NCBI GenBank assembly: GCA_964355115.1 | Contig: CAYHCQ010000006.1 | Span: 1 to 42,495 of the forward strand | DNA: 42,495 nt | Reading direction: 5' to 3' | Source: an uncultured Prolixibacteraceae bacterium | Lineage (GTDB): Bacteria; Bacteroidota; Bacteroidia; Bacteroidales; FEN-979 | Shown here: piece by piece, positions 1 to 10,107 of the stretch | Layout: each line of letters starts with the position of its first letter | Numbering within the stretch: the stretch's first letter is position 1 | Position numbers and translations under genes: made by a program | The notes under the pieces: model-generated | Databases searched by the model: none | What the model was told of the DNA's origin: nothing | Seen by the model: only the letters and a program-made list of their open reading frames with translations

Positions 1-1
1 T

Positions 2-178
2 AACCCTACCGCCTCCGGCAAGATGCACACGGGAACCATTTATTTCAAGCGCGATAAATCAAAAGGAATAATAAATTTCCTTTGGAAAAGCACCCTGAGC
101 GGACTAAAATCAACCATGGGCTTTAACTCCAAGGCACAGAAAGAGATCATCAAACACGAAAAGCAGCAGAAGAAGTAA
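2..178 (+). CDS. 3' end of a hypothetical protein, truncated by the window edge
   Basis: Open frame 2 reads NPTASGKMHTGTIYFKRDKSKGIINFLWKSTLSGLKSTMGF...KK* with stop TAA at 176-178; not in the ORF track because the start is off-window. Confidence 0.65.
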   Translation, partial: NPTASGKMHTGTIYFKRDKSKGIINFLWKSTLSGLKSTMGFNSKAQKEIIKHEKQQKK

Positions 179-212
179 AAATTTGCGTAATTTTAGCACG
201 CATTTGTAACCT

Positions 213-1091
213 ATGCTGCAACAGGAAGAACGTTATTATCAGCGCCGGATCGCTACCTCTTATGTTACCACGATCATCAGCATTACCCTGGTACTTTTTC
301 TACTGGGTTTTCTGGGCATGATCATACTTCACGCCAAAAAACTGTCGGATTATGTGAAGGAAAATATCGGCTTCTCGATCATGATACGCGAAGGGGTGAA
401 GGAGTCGGGAATCTTTGAGATCAAGAAGCGGCTCGATGCAGCCGGTTACGTGAAATCATCGGAGTATGTTACCCGTGAGCGCGCTGCCGATAAACTTCAG
501 GATGAACTCGGAGAAGATTTTATCGGGTTCCTGGGATACAATCCCCTGCTCCCAAGTATCGAATTAAGGATAAAGGCCCCCTATGCCAATTCCGACTCGC
601 TGGCGAAGATCGAAACACGGCTTATGGCCATTCCTGAGGTGAAAGAGGTGTTTTACCAGAAATCGCTGGTCGATATCATCAATCAGAATCTTGAAAAAAT
701 CAGCCTTATCCTGCTTGGCTTCACAGGAGTCCTGCTTTTTATCGCCATCGTCCTGATTAACAATACAATCCGGCTTATGGTCTACTCAAAACGGTTTTTA
801 ATCCGCAGTATGCAGCTTGTCGGAGCCACCGAAGGATTTATCCGTAAACCCATCCTGATACGCAGTCTGTCCCACGGATTTATCAGCTCACTTATTGCCA
901 TAGGCATGCTTGTGCTTGTAACTTTTTTTGCAGTTGACCAGATGCCCGAATTGCTTGAACTGGAAGACCCGCTCATCCTGGGGGCTCTCGTGATCGCGAT
1001 TATTTCACTCGGCGTTCTGCTGTCGTGGACATCCACCTGGCTCGCTGTGCGCAAATACCTGCGAATAAGTACCGATCTGCTCTACGCATGA
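213..1091 (+). CDS. ftsX: Cell division permease FtsX
   Basis: N-terminal TM, periplasmic loop with GEDFIGFLGYNPL, then INNTIRL and MQLVGAT..FI.KP motifs and further TM helices. Confidence 0.93.
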   Translation: MLQQEERYYQRRIATSYVTTIISITLVLFLLGFLGMIILHAKKLSDYVKENIGFSIMIREGVKESGIFEIKKRLDAAGYVKSSEYVTRERAADKLQDELGEDFIGFLGYNPLLPSIELRIKAPYANSDSLAKIETRLMAIPEVKEVFYQKSLVDIINQNLEKISLILLGFTGVLLFIAIVLINNTIRLMVYSKRFLIRSMQLVGATEGFIRKPILIRSLSHGFISSLIAIGMLVLVTFFAVDQMPELLELEDPLILGALVIAIISLGVLLSWTSTWLAVRKYLRISTDLLYA

Positions 1092-1109
1092 TTGTTTGAA
1101 AAGATTACT

Positions 1110-1117
1110 TACCTTTG
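1110..1117 (+). promoter_or_regulatory. Bacteroidota sigma-A -7 element TACCTTTG
   Basis: Matches TAnnTTTG, 22 nt before the ATG at 1140. Confidence 0.65.
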
Positions 1118-1139
1118 CCCCTCCAATTCCTACAGTGTC

Positions 1140-1439
1140 ATGGAAAAGTTCAAGAAAAAAACCACCTCCGAAAAACATACCGAAGCGACCACAAAACAGC
1201 CTGCTTTTTCGGCCCGGGTGGGTGAATTTGCCTTCGGTAAAGAAAACTACCGGCTTATGCTCATCGGCCTGGCTTTCATCGTTGTCGGGTTTCTCCTTAT
1301 GATCGGCGGCGGTTCCGACGATCCCAACAAGTTCAGCGAAGAGCTTTTCAGTTTCCGCCGGCTTACCCTTGCCCCCGTGATGATCCTGGCCGGATATGTG
1401 ATTGAGATTTTTGCAATCATGAAAAAACCGAAGGATTAA
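1140..1439 (+). CDS. DUF3098 family small membrane protein
   Basis: FGKENY..MLIG...GF.LM.GGGSDDP..F..E.FSFRR.TLAP signature, between ftsX and uppP; ATG 1140 preferred over TTG 1092. Confidence 0.85.
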   Translation: MEKFKKKTTSEKHTEATTKQPAFSARVGEFAFGKENYRLMLIGLAFIVVGFLLMIGGGSDDPNKFSEELFSFRRLTLAPVMILAGYVIEIFAIMKKPKD

Positions 1440-2218
1440 TGACTTTTCTCCAGGCGATAATCATTGCCATCGTGGAAGGGATAACCGAGTTTCTGCCGGT
1501 TTCTTCGACGGGGCACATGATCATTGCGCAAAGCATCCTGGGCGTGCAGAGTACCGATTTCGTCAAAGCCTTTACCGTTAACATTCAGTTCGGAGCCATC
1601 CTCTCAGTGATCGTTCTCTACTGGAAGCGTTTTTTTCAAAGCTGGGACTTCTATTTCCGCCTTTTTGTTGCCTGCCTGCCACTGGTAATCGCCTACCTGC
1701 TCGAAAAACAGATCGATACGATGCTCGAGAGTGTGATGGTCGTGGCTGTTGCCCTGTTGCTCGGAGGGATCCTCCTGATTTTTGTCGACAGCTGGTTCGA
1801 CCGGCCCGAAAACGACAATACCAAACTGACCTATAAAAAGGCTCTTATAATCGGGTTCTTTCAGATCATCTCGGTCATTCCCGGAGTCAGCCGTTCGGCC
1901 GCCACCATCGTCGGGGGTATGAGTCAGAAACTCAGCCGTAAAGCCGCGGCCGAATTCTCATTTTTCCTGGCCGTTCCTACAATGTTCGCAGCCTCTCTCC
2001 TGAAACTGATTGGAAACTATAAACTGATCTCAGCCGATAACATTAACCTTCTGCTGGTCGGAAATGTTGTATCCTTCATTGTCGCACTCATTGCCATCAA
2101 ATCATTCATTGCATTCCTTACACGCTACGGATTTAAATGGTTCGGATATTACCGCATCGCGGTTGGCCTTGCCATAATCATCCTGCTGCTCACCGGTCAA
2201 AGTCTAACCATACTCTGA
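1439..2218 (+). CDS. uppP: Undecaprenyl-diphosphate phosphatase (UppP/BacA)
   Basis: [14 protein letters not shown] and PGVSRS motifs; multi-TM. Confidence 0.96.
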   Translation: MTFLQAIIIAIVEGITEFLPVSSTGHMIIAQSILGVQSTDFVKAFTVNIQFGAILSVIVLYWKRFFQSWDFYFRLFVACLPLVIAYLLEKQIDTMLESVMVVAVALLLGGILLIFVDSWFDRPENDNTKLTYKKALIIGFFQIISVIPGVSRSAATIVGGMSQKLSRKAAAEFSFFLAVPTMFAASLLKLIGNYKLISADNINLLLVGNVVSFIVALIAIKSFIAFLTRYGFKWFGYYRIAVGLAIIILLLTGQSLTIL

Positions 2219-2922
2219 TGTCATTCCAGTTTGAGCAGGGAGAGATACTCCTGGTCGACAAGCCCCACACATGGACATCCTTCGATGTGGTGGGCCGCCT
2301 CCGGTCACTGATCCGTACCCATCTTGGCATAAAAAAGATAAAGATCGGACATGCCGGCACCCTGGACCCCCTTGCAACGGGACTTCTCATTATGTGTACG
2401 GGAAAATTTACAAAACGCATCGACGAATACCAGGCATTCGAGAAGGAATATACCGGAACCCTGCGACTCGGGGCAAACACCCCTTCGTTCGACCTGGAGA
2501 CGGAAGAGAATCAGACCTTCTCCCTTGATGGTATAACCGATGAAAAAATCAGGGCTGCCGCAATTCAGCTAACCGGCACGTTTGATCAGATACCCCCTTC
2601 ATATTCAGCCAAGTGGATCGATGGCCGCCGTGCCTACATGTTTGCCCGGAAAGATATTGAAATCGAGCTGAAGGCCAGGAACGTTACCGTCATCGATTTT
2701 GAGATAACGCGGATAGCCCTGCCTGAGGTCGACTTCCGGATTGCCTGCACCAAAGGTACCTATATTAGGGCACTGGCAAGGGACATGGGCCTTATCCTGG
2801 GCTGTGGCGCCCACCTTTCGGCCCTTTGCCGGACCCGGATCGGACAATATCACCTACGGGATGCATACCAGCTTACCGATATAGAAGAAATGCTCCGCTC
2901 CTCAGCGCAACACCCGGAGTAA
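2218..2922 (+). CDS. truB: tRNA pseudouridine(55) synthase TruB
   Basis: DKP..WTSFDVV, GHAGTLDPLATG, C.KGTYIR motifs; ATG overlaps the uppP stop (TGATG). Confidence 0.96.
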   Translation: MSFQFEQGEILLVDKPHTWTSFDVVGRLRSLIRTHLGIKKIKIGHAGTLDPLATGLLIMCTGKFTKRIDEYQAFEKEYTGTLRLGANTPSFDLETEENQTFSLDGITDEKIRAAAIQLTGTFDQIPPSYSAKWIDGRRAYMFARKDIEIELKARNVTVIDFEITRIALPEVDFRIACTKGTYIRALARDMGLILGCGAHLSALCRTRIGQYHLRDAYQLTDIEEMLRSSAQHPE

Positions 2923-2929
2923 ATTATCA

Positions 2930-2937
2930 TAACTTTG
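2930..2937 (+). promoter_or_regulatory. -7 element TAACTTTG
   Basis: TAnnTTTG match upstream of the 2979 ORF. Confidence 0.6.
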
Positions 2938-2978
2938 CGGGAAGATCGTTAAACTCTTTATCCTAAGGTTATTTAACC

Positions 2979-5774
2979 ATGAAACCCTCTCCCCTTTTTT
3001 CCATCCGCAGGCTGAGCATCTTCTGCATTACAGGCCTCTTCATTCTCAGTTGCGGGACCATCTTTGTATTAACAACAAAAAAAGCAGAATCCGACAAGCG
3101 GAAGAAATTTGAAACCACACTTCTGGAGATAAATAAAAGCGCACCACTGGGAAAAAAGAATGAAAAAACCGGCGGGCACGGGAAGGACCAGCCAGGGATG
3201 GACCAGCCCGGAATGGATCAGCCCGGGATGGCGGCATTCCACGAATTCCTGATGACCTTCGATCCGGCTACGGGAAGCATCCCCAGGGAGCGTATGCTAA
3301 CGGCCATGAACCAGACGAAGGTCATGCAAACACAGAAAAATTCGTCGACGATACAGTGGTCTGGATACGGAGCCAATATGGGGGGCCGCACCCGAATGAT
3401 AATGTACGATCCAAACGATCCCACCCAAAAGAAGGTCTGGGCAGGCGGGATTACCGGGGGTTTATGGTACAATCAGGATATTACCTCTCCTACCAGTGCC
3501 TGGGTGCCGGTGGGGGATTTCTGGAGCAACCTCTCCATCCGTTGCATGACTTACGATCCGAATAACAACCAGGTGTTCTATATCGGCACCGGCGAGGTTG
3601 AGACTGCCATGCAGACTTATCGCGAAAGTTCCGGCCTGGGAACCGGCATCTGGAAATCGGCCGACGGCGGGCAGACCTGGAGCCAGCTTCAGACAACCAC
3701 AGGTTTTGCCTATGTGACGAAGATTATCGTCCGTTCCGAAAACGGGAACAGTGTGATATATGCAGGTGTTGCCTCGGGCCTGTACAAGGAATCAAATCAC
3801 CAGAGTCAGCCCACCGACGGGCTCTATCGTTCCGATGACGGGGGAAACTCCTGGAACCAGGTACTCCCCGACATCAACGGGTCAACGGTTCCCTATGCTG
3901 TAAGTGATATAGCAGTGGGAGCCGACAGCCGGATTTACGTTGGCTCGCGCCCTAACCTGAATGGTGAAGGAGCGGCAACACTGCTTTTTTCCGACGACGG
4001 ACTGAACTGGACAGTAAACGACCAGTATCTTACTGAAATTCAGAACAGCCCATCCAACAACATCCCGGGCCGGGTTGTTCTGGCCGCAGCTCCCTCCAAC
4101 AGCAATGTAGTTTATGCCCTCATTGCCTCGGGATACATCAATTCAGCGAACAATTTCAAGTATTTTAACTGTCATCATGTCCTGCGGTCGGCCAATCGCG
4201 GTCAGACATGGACAAAACAAAGCATCCCCTCCGACATCACATCGGGGAACAATTTTGCCACCATCGCCTGGCATGCACTCGATATTGCAGTCGATGAGAA
4301 CAATGCCGACCGCATATTCGCCGGAGGCCTCGATATGCACAAGTCAGTAAACGGTGGCATTTCCTGGACAAGGATCAGCGACTGGGCGAAAATGTACAGC
4401 GGTGGCGGACCCGACTATCTCCACGCCGACCAGCATGCCATTGTTTTTAAGCCCGGCTCTTCCAGTGAAATTCTATTCGGCACCGACGGGGGAGTCTTTT
4501 ACACCGCAAACGGCACAGGCTCGGCCCCTGCCATGGAGGAGCACAACAGCAACTACAATACCTTGCAGTTTTATACCTGTGCAATCCATCCTTCGGCAGG
4601 TACCGACCTTTTTTATGGCGGACTTCAGGACAACGGCACGCTTCATTACACAGGCAATCCACTTACCATTTTCGACATGGTGAGCGGCGGTGATGGCGCA
4701 TACTGTTTCTACGACAATGACAATCCGGCCCTTACCATAACTTCGGTCTATTACAACCAGTATTATATTTTCATGAACGGAGGGTTCCTGAATACAACTT
4801 CCAACTGGACAAGCGGCACATTCATAAGTCCGGCCGATTTTGACTATAAACTCAACACTATCTATTGCAATGCTGTTGATTATGTAGGCAATTATCAGGA
4901 TCATCTCCTGCGCCTTACCAATCTCACCGGTAATATTGTTGGCTCCTACCTTACAATGGGGACCGGTTCCGGTGTCTGCTTTTCTGCAGTTAAATACTCC
5001 CCGTGGTCTCCTGCCGGCAAAGCCACCCTGTTTGTGGGATCGCAGTCGGGACGGCTTTTTAAGGTCACCGAAGCACAATCAAATAGCCCGGTTGTTACAG
5101 AGTTTACCGGAACAGGTTTCCCGCTGGCAAACCTCTCGGGTATTGCTGTTGGCGGATCCGAAGACACACTGATGGTTACCTTCTCCAGTTACGGCGTAGC
5201 CTCTGTTTTTAAAACCTTTGATGGAGGCCAGTCGTGGCAGAATGCAGAGGGGAACCTGCCCGATATGCCCATCCGGGGGGCCATCTTCCATCCGCAGTCG
5301 GGCCGCCATGCATTGCTTGCCACCGAAACGGGGGTGTGGGAATCCAATGACCTGGGGCAGGGCACAACAGTGTGGACACCGGTAAACAACGGCATGGCCA
5401 ACGTGCGGGTCGACATGCTTCAGGTGCGCACTGCCGATAATACGGTACTCGCTGCCACACATGGCCGGGGTCTTTTCACCACCATCTGGGACGTTGTTAC
5501 CGGCCTTGCTGAAAACACCCTGATTTCACAAAGGGTATTTCCCAATCCCACCAAAGATTTCGTCACGGTGAGGGCCAGTCTGAAAAGTGATGGGATCGCT
5601 GAGCTCAATGTATACGATCACGCCGGGAATATTGTAACCAGCCGTCAGGAACAGAGTTCCGCAGGATTATTTACATGCCGGCTCGATCTTACGGGACAGC
5701 CACGCGGAATCTATTTTATTACAATGAAGGTTAACGGCAGGATAGTTTTCACGGAAAAAACGGTAAGAATTTAA
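2979..5774 (+). CDS. Secreted BNR/Asp-box (sortilin/GH74-like) beta-propeller protein with T9SS type A CTD
   Basis: Repeated S.DGG.TW Asp-boxes, HADQH, ATHGRG; C-terminal VFPNP...G.YF T9SS signal. Confidence 0.8.
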   Translation: MKPSPLFSIRRLSIFCITGLFILSCGTIFVLTTKKAESDKRKKFETTLLEINKSAPLGKKNEKTGGHGKDQPGMDQPGMDQPGMAAFHEFLMTFDPATGSIPRERMLTAMNQTKVMQTQKNSSTIQWSGYGANMGGRTRMIMYDPNDPTQKKVWAGGITGGLWYNQDITSPTSAWVPVGDFWSNLSIRCMTYDPNNNQVFYIGTGEVETAMQTYRESSGLGTGIWKSADGGQTWSQLQTTTGFAYVTKIIVRSENGNSVIYAGVASGLYKESNHQSQPTDGLYRSDDGGNSWNQVLPDINGSTVPYAVSDIAVGADSRIYVGSRPNLNGEGAATLLFSDDGLNWTVNDQYLTEIQNSPSNNIPGRVVLAAAPSNSNVVYALIASGYINSANNFKYFNCHHVLRSANRGQTWTKQSIPSDITSGNNFATIAWHALDIAVDENNADRIFAGGLDMHKSVNGGISWTRISDWAKMYSGGGPDYLHADQHAIVFKPGSSSEILFGTDGGVFYTANGTGSAPAMEEHNSNYNTLQFYTCAIHPSAGTDLFYGGLQDNGTLHYTGNPLTIFDMVSGGDGAYCFYDNDNPALTITSVYYNQYYIFMNGGFLNTTSNWTSGTFISPADFDYKLNTIYCNAVDYVGNYQDHLLRLTNLTGNIVGSYLTMGTGSGVCFSAVKYSPWSPAGKATLFVGSQSGRLFKVTEAQSNSPVVTEFTGTGFPLANLSGIAVGGSEDTLMVTFSSYGVASVFKTFDGGQSWQNAEGNLPDMPIRGAIFHPQSGRHALLATETGVWESNDLGQGTTVWTPVNNGMANVRVDMLQVRTADNTVLAATHGRGLFTTIWDVVTGLAENTLISQRVFPNPTKDFVTVRASLKSDGIAELNVYDHAGNIVTSRQEQSSAGLFTCRLDLTGQPRGIYFITMKVNGRIVFTEKTVRI
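3186..3230 (+). repeat. 3 x 15-bp in-frame tandem repeat encoding DQPGM
   Basis: gaccagccagggatg / gaccagcccggaatg / gatcagcccgggatg. Confidence 0.9.
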
Positions 5775-5790
5775 TACTGAAGTAATTCTC

Positions 5791-6255
5791 ATGGAACGCA
5801 TCTCATATCCATTGTTTTCCGACGACTATTTCATGAATGAAGCCCTGAAGGAGGCCAGGAAAGCCTTCGAAAGAGACGAGGTTCCCATTGGCGCCGTGGT
5901 GGTGTGCGACAGGAATGTCATAGCCAGGGCCCATAACCTTACCGAAACCCTGAACGATGTTACTGCACATGCCGAAATGCAGGCATTTACTGCCGCCTCC
6001 GGCTACCTGGGCGGAAAGTACCTTGACGAATGTACCCTCTATGTCACACTCGAACCCTGCGTGATGTGTGGCGGAGCAGCCTTCTGGGCACAGGTAGGCA
6101 AGATTGTCTATGGCGCATCTGACGAAAAGCGGGGATATTCACGACTCGGCAACTCTCTGCTGCATCCGAAAACCGTGGTACAAGGCGGAGTTCTCGCTAA
6201 AGAATGCAGTGATCTGATTAAACATTTCTTTAAAGACAAACGAAAATTATGGTAA
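5791..6255 (+). CDS. tadA: tRNA adenosine deaminase-type nucleoside deaminase
   Basis: EVPIGAV, HAE, TLEPC..C zinc motifs. Confidence 0.85.
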   Translation: MERISYPLFSDDYFMNEALKEARKAFERDEVPIGAVVVCDRNVIARAHNLTETLNDVTAHAEMQAFTAASGYLGGKYLDECTLYVTLEPCVMCGGAAFWAQVGKIVYGASDEKRGYSRLGNSLLHPKTVVQGGVLAKECSDLIKHFFKDKRKLW

Positions 6256-7118
6256 ACCTCGAAAACCTGCTCAATATCGACAACCTGTTAAATTTCACCA
6301 ATGATATTTTTCAGAAAAAGGAGGTCAGGACGCTGTTACAGGAGGTCTCTGAAGTGGCACAATACCTTTGGGAGCGAAGCTGGGCCGAACGTAATGCCGG
6401 AAATATCTCGGTAAGGGTAACCGGTCATTTTACCGAGAAGGAGCTCGACCGCCTGGGTGTTTATCCGTTTCTGCCACTCCATAAAAGCTATCCCGACCTC
6501 GGACGTCAGCTTTTCCTGGTGAGCGCGACCGGAGCACGAATGCGTGATACGGCAAAAAACCCTGCAGCCAACGTGTGTTTTGTTTTTGTTAACGAACCCG
6601 GAACAGCCTATCATATCATTAGCCAGCCCGGAGAGGAAAACGCCATGAAACCTACATCCGAACTGGCGACACATCTGGCCATTCAGCAGATGCTGCTGCA
6701 AAAAAAGGCCCCCGAAAGCGTGGTGCTGCACACCCATGTACTGGAACTGATAGCGCTTACCCAGCTTCCGCAATTTAAATCGGAAGAGGCCGTGAACAAT
6801 CTGCTCTGGGGCATGCATCCCGAAACCATCCTCTTTGTGCCCGATGGCGTAGGATTTATCCCCTATACCCTTCCCGGATCGGAGAAAATTGCCCAGGCTA
6901 CACTTAAAGGGCTTGAAAACCACCGTGTAATACTCTGGGAAAAACATGGCTGCATGGCTGTCAGCAACAGCCTGGCGGAAGCATTCGACACCATCGACAT
7001 ACTTGCAAAATCGGCCAAAATCTATTTTCTGAGCAAATCCACCGGCATCGAGCCGGAAGGCTTGTCAAACGATCAGTTAAGAGAGATTGGAAACAGTTTT
7101 CCGGCGAAGGTTGAGTAG
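6249..7118 (+). CDS. rhaD: Class II aldolase, rhamnulose-1-phosphate aldolase-like
   Basis: WAERNAGNIS, PTSEL..H, HTH, WEKHG motifs. Confidence 0.8.
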   Translation: MVNLENLLNIDNLLNFTNDIFQKKEVRTLLQEVSEVAQYLWERSWAERNAGNISVRVTGHFTEKELDRLGVYPFLPLHKSYPDLGRQLFLVSATGARMRDTAKNPAANVCFVFVNEPGTAYHIISQPGEENAMKPTSELATHLAIQQMLLQKKAPESVVLHTHVLELIALTQLPQFKSEEAVNNLLWGMHPETILFVPDGVGFIPYTLPGSEKIAQATLKGLENHRVILWEKHGCMAVSNSLAEAFDTIDILAKSAKIYFLSKSTGIEPEGLSNDQLREIGNSFPAKVE

Positions 7119-7193
7119 GTGCGGGTTAGTTTTTTTTATTTGATAGGTCAATTATACGGTATTCTTTTGTATATTAGTGCTCCCTTTCTCCCG

Positions 7194-7898
7194 ATGGACA
7201 CAACAAAAGTAGTAATCTTTGAAGATGAGTTCCTGCTGGCCAATGACCTGAAGCGGCAGCTTTCCCAGTATGGGTATGAGGTTTCTGCTATGTTTAAAAA
7301 GGCAGAGGATGGCTTGAATTATCTGGCTCTTGAACATTCAACCATCCCGGATGTGGTTTTGATGGATATCTCGCTGGCCGGAAAGATGAGTGGTCTTGAT
7401 GCAGCCGTGGTTATTGGTGAAAAATACAGCTGTGCTTTGGTTTTTCTGACAGGCTTAAGCCAGATCGCGGTTTTTGAGGAGACTTTCAGATCAAGGCCCC
7501 ATGCATTTCTCCTTAAGCCTTTCGACGCGCAACAGGCCGTTGTAAGCATCCGGCTCGCCGTGTACCAAAAGACACTTGAAATACAGTTACTAAAATACCA
7601 GAAAGAGCTGGAATTAAAGGTGCATGAACGTACCCTGGAGCTTGAAAAGGCCCGCGACGAGGCAGAGGAGGCCAACAAACTGAAAAACAATTTTCTTTCA
7701 AATATCAGCAGCCAGATCCGGGAACCCATGTATGGCATCCTGGGAATAACGGCCATGATGAAGGAAGAGATCCAGGATAAGCCGCAGCTTCAGAAGCACA
7801 TTCAGTATATCGATGATAATGCCCGTCACCTGTTTTCGTTACTCAATAAAATTGCCGAATTAAGCAATGACCGCAACACCAAATCAGTCACTTCCTGA
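7194..7898 (+). CDS. Response regulator receiver + coiled coil + HisKA-like dimerization domain, no ATPase domain
   Basis: FEDE, LMDISL.G, FLT, KP receiver motifs; ERTLEL...AEEANKLKNNFLSNISSQIREPM. Confidence 0.8.
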   Translation: MDTTKVVIFEDEFLLANDLKRQLSQYGYEVSAMFKKAEDGLNYLALEHSTIPDVVLMDISLAGKMSGLDAAVVIGEKYSCALVFLTGLSQIAVFEETFRSRPHAFLLKPFDAQQAVVSIRLAVYQKTLEIQLLKYQKELELKVHERTLELEKARDEAEEANKLKNNFLSNISSQIREPMYGILGITAMMKEEIQDKPQLQKHIQYIDDNARHLFSLLNKIAELSNDRNTKSVTS

Positions 7899-8268
7899 GA
7901 TTCTGCTCCTCGAAGATGACTTTGCCACCACGAGCATCCTCCGCATCTGGCTGAAGGGGATCTGCAACATTACAGCCGTTGCCGACGGAGTATCCACCCT
8001 CACCGCCATCGAAAACCTTCTACTCAAAAACAGGGTGTTCGACCTGATGCTCTTCGATATTAATATTCCTTTTCCCTGGAACGGACTCACCCTTATGGAG
8101 GAGATCTGCAAGCGATTCGAAGCGTATGAAAACGTTCCGTTCATTGCACAAACGGCCTATGCCATGCCACAAGACCGGGACAGGCTGTTGTCGGCGGGTT
8201 TCTGTGATTATATGGCCAAACCACTCAACCGCGAACTCCTCATCAGGATGGTACAGGGCCACCTATAA
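7867..8268 (+). CDS. Single-domain response regulator (receiver)
   Basis: LLEDD, LFDIN, IAQTAYA, Y.AKP. Confidence 0.85.
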   Translation: MTATPNQSLPEILLLEDDFATTSILRIWLKGICNITAVADGVSTLTAIENLLLKNRVFDLMLFDINIPFPWNGLTLMEEICKRFEAYENVPFIAQTAYAMPQDRDRLLSAGFCDYMAKPLNRELLIRMVQGHL

Positions 8269-8277
8269 CACAGAATA

Positions 8278-9699
8278 TTATTGCCTGAAGACCTTCCTGG
8301 CCAAAGTGAAGTTGTTGCCTGAAATGCGGACAATATAGAGACCGCCTGGCAATGCAGACAGGTCAATTACCGACCGGGTCCCCTGTATCGTCGTCTCAAG
8401 ATATTTCCTTCCATCAACACCGTAGAGTTCCACCTTGCACGGATCCTGGTTTACATCTGAAAGGGCTATGATCAACTTATCCTTTACCGGATTGGGATAG
8501 ATCAGTACTCCAGATCCGGCATCCTCATTAACGCCGAGCGGGGCGGATGTCGCCACATTCGAAATCGAACTCTCTTCTGAACCTGATTTCAGCGAAGGAT
8601 TGCAGGGTTCAAGCCTCACGACGCCGATATAATAGGTCGCCAGTCCGCTGGTGGTATACAGGTCGGTATAGGAATCAACGTTGGAGGCAACGGAATCAAT
8701 AAGAACCCATGGGCCGGCACTGAGTTTCCTGTAAATCTTGTAGGTTTTGAATTCAAACCCCAGATAATGATTCCAGATAAGGTTGAAACCGAAAATGCCG
8801 GGATTGATGTTCAGGTGAATCGATTTGTGAGCAGGGCCTTTTTCGCCTTCATGGCCGGAAGTATCCACGATACTGAGTGCATACCGGAACGATTTTACCA
8901 GCGGGTTCGAGTTAGTATCGATGAAAATGCTGAAAGCAGCGTAAGGCACTTCGGCGATTTTTGAAAAGACGTTGTTCTGGTAAGTCTCCTTGTAGATATT
9001 GAATTGTTCAATATGGCCTGAAACAGGTTTGTTCCAGATCAGCTTGTTCCTTTGTGAAGCTGTATCGAAAGTCACCATACAGAGGTTTCCGGCAGGGGGG
9101 TAACCCGATGTACTTACAACCGCAACCCCTTCCATATGCCTTGAACATTCACTGCCATCAACATATGCCAGGCATGTATAATTTCCGGGCTGGTTGATGA
9201 GGCCGAAAGAGATGGGGTTTCCGGTTCCCGTTACATGAATGCCGGCATACTGGCCGTTTTTAAAGAGTTTGTAAATGATATTGACCTGCGAACCGCTAAG
9301 TCCTACGGCTACTCCTGCTCCGCCTGCCGGCAATGTGCCTCCGCCGGTCATGTGGAATACAGCAGGCTGTTCAACGATAATTACCGGAAGGGTCTTGGTA
9401 CAGGTTTGGCCTTCCCAGTGGATGGAGAGGACAACATGTTTTTCACCCGGGGTGGTCCACTGAACAAAATAGGGGCCCTGGCCCGATCCCGAGAGCACAT
9501 TGGCTCCATCGAAATTCCAAGTATATGTCGCATTGACCGAAGCGCCGCCGGTATAGGTGATTTTAACCTCCTGCAACACGCACGCCTTTGTGGCAACAGT
9601 GAATTCGCAGCTGAGTGTTAAGGGCACATCCTGAGCGAAAGTCGCAGCAGAGGCGAAAAGCATCAGGATCAAAAACAGAAATGAGTATACTTTTTTCAT
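8278..9699 (-). CDS. Secreted protein with PKD/FN3-like beta-sandwich domains and T9SS CTD
   Basis: Signal peptide ...ATFAQ; YTWNFDG PKD-like motif; IYPNP...G.YIV C-terminus. Confidence 0.75.
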   Translation of the reverse strand: MKKVYSFLFLILMLFASAATFAQDVPLTLSCEFTVATKACVLQEVKITYTGGASVNATYTWNFDGANVLSGSGQGPYFVQWTTPGEKHVVLSIHWEGQTCTKTLPVIIVEQPAVFHMTGGGTLPAGGAGVAVGLSGSQVNIIYKLFKNGQYAGIHVTGTGNPISFGLINQPGNYTCLAYVDGSECSRHMEGVAVVSTSGYPPAGNLCMVTFDTASQRNKLIWNKPVSGHIEQFNIYKETYQNNVFSKIAEVPYAAFSIFIDTNSNPLVKSFRYALSIVDTSGHEGEKGPAHKSIHLNINPGIFGFNLIWNHYLGFEFKTYKIYRKLSAGPWVLIDSVASNVDSYTDLYTTSGLATYYIGVVRLEPCNPSLKSGSEESSISNVATSAPLGVNEDAGSGVLIYPNPVKDKLIIALSDVNQDPCKVELYGVDGRKYLETTIQGTRSVIDLSALPGGLYIVRISGNNFTLARKVFRQ

Positions 9700-9829
9700 G
9701 GCAACTAGTTTTGGTTCAGGTTATAAAGATAATGGTATTTTCATAACAGACAATTATTTCACAATAAAGTTGTCTGAAGGATGGCGCGAATATCAGCGAA
9801 GTTCATACCGGCAACACAATAATAGTAAC

Positions 9830-9837
9830 TATCTTTG
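9830..9837 (+). promoter_or_regulatory. -7 element TATCTTTG for tRNA-Val
   Basis: TAnnTTTG 7 nt before the tRNA 5' end. Confidence 0.75.
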
Positions 9838-9844
9838 TTTTCCC

Positions 9845-9919
9845 GGGACGTTAGCTCAGCCGGTTCAGAGCGCATGCTTCACACGCATGAGGTCACTGGT
9901 TCGAATCCAGTACGTCCCA
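9845..9919 (+). tRNA. tRNA-Val (anticodon CAC)
   Basis: Acceptor GGGACGT/ACGTCCC, anticodon arm CATGC-TTCACAC-GCATG, T-loop TTCGAAT; CCA not encoded. Confidence 0.95.
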
Positions 9920-9930
9920 CGTCAAAATCA

Positions 9931-9962
9931 ACTACTTATGAAAATTCCGTAAGTGGTTTTTT
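9931..9962 (+). terminator. Probable intrinsic terminator of tRNA-Val
   Basis: ACTACTTATG...CGTAAGTGGT stem with G-U pairs followed by a T run. Confidence 0.55.
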
Positions 9963-10107
9963 CATTTATTGAATACATATAAACCTACCCGATTTCGATA
10001 CGGCAAATAATTATTTCATTACCCCCAATGGTCGGTTCGCCGGGAAGAGTTCAAGTGAATAAACAACTGTTTTTTTGTCAGATGAGAGAGGAATAAATAA
10101 TATCCGG

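Noticed and set aside
2137-2217. N-terminal extensions in the ORF track (truB; also 1092, 7119, 13721, 24171, 34494, 37265 starts)
   Set aside because: They overlap upstream genes or promoter elements; downstream ATGs fit family N-termini or signal peptides better.
9698-9952. 84-aa ORF in the track
   Set aside because: Overlaps tRNA-Val and its promoter; spurious.
9845-9962. tRNA-Val as a second integration site
   Set aside because: I saw no duplicate of its 3' end in the window and no integrase nearby.
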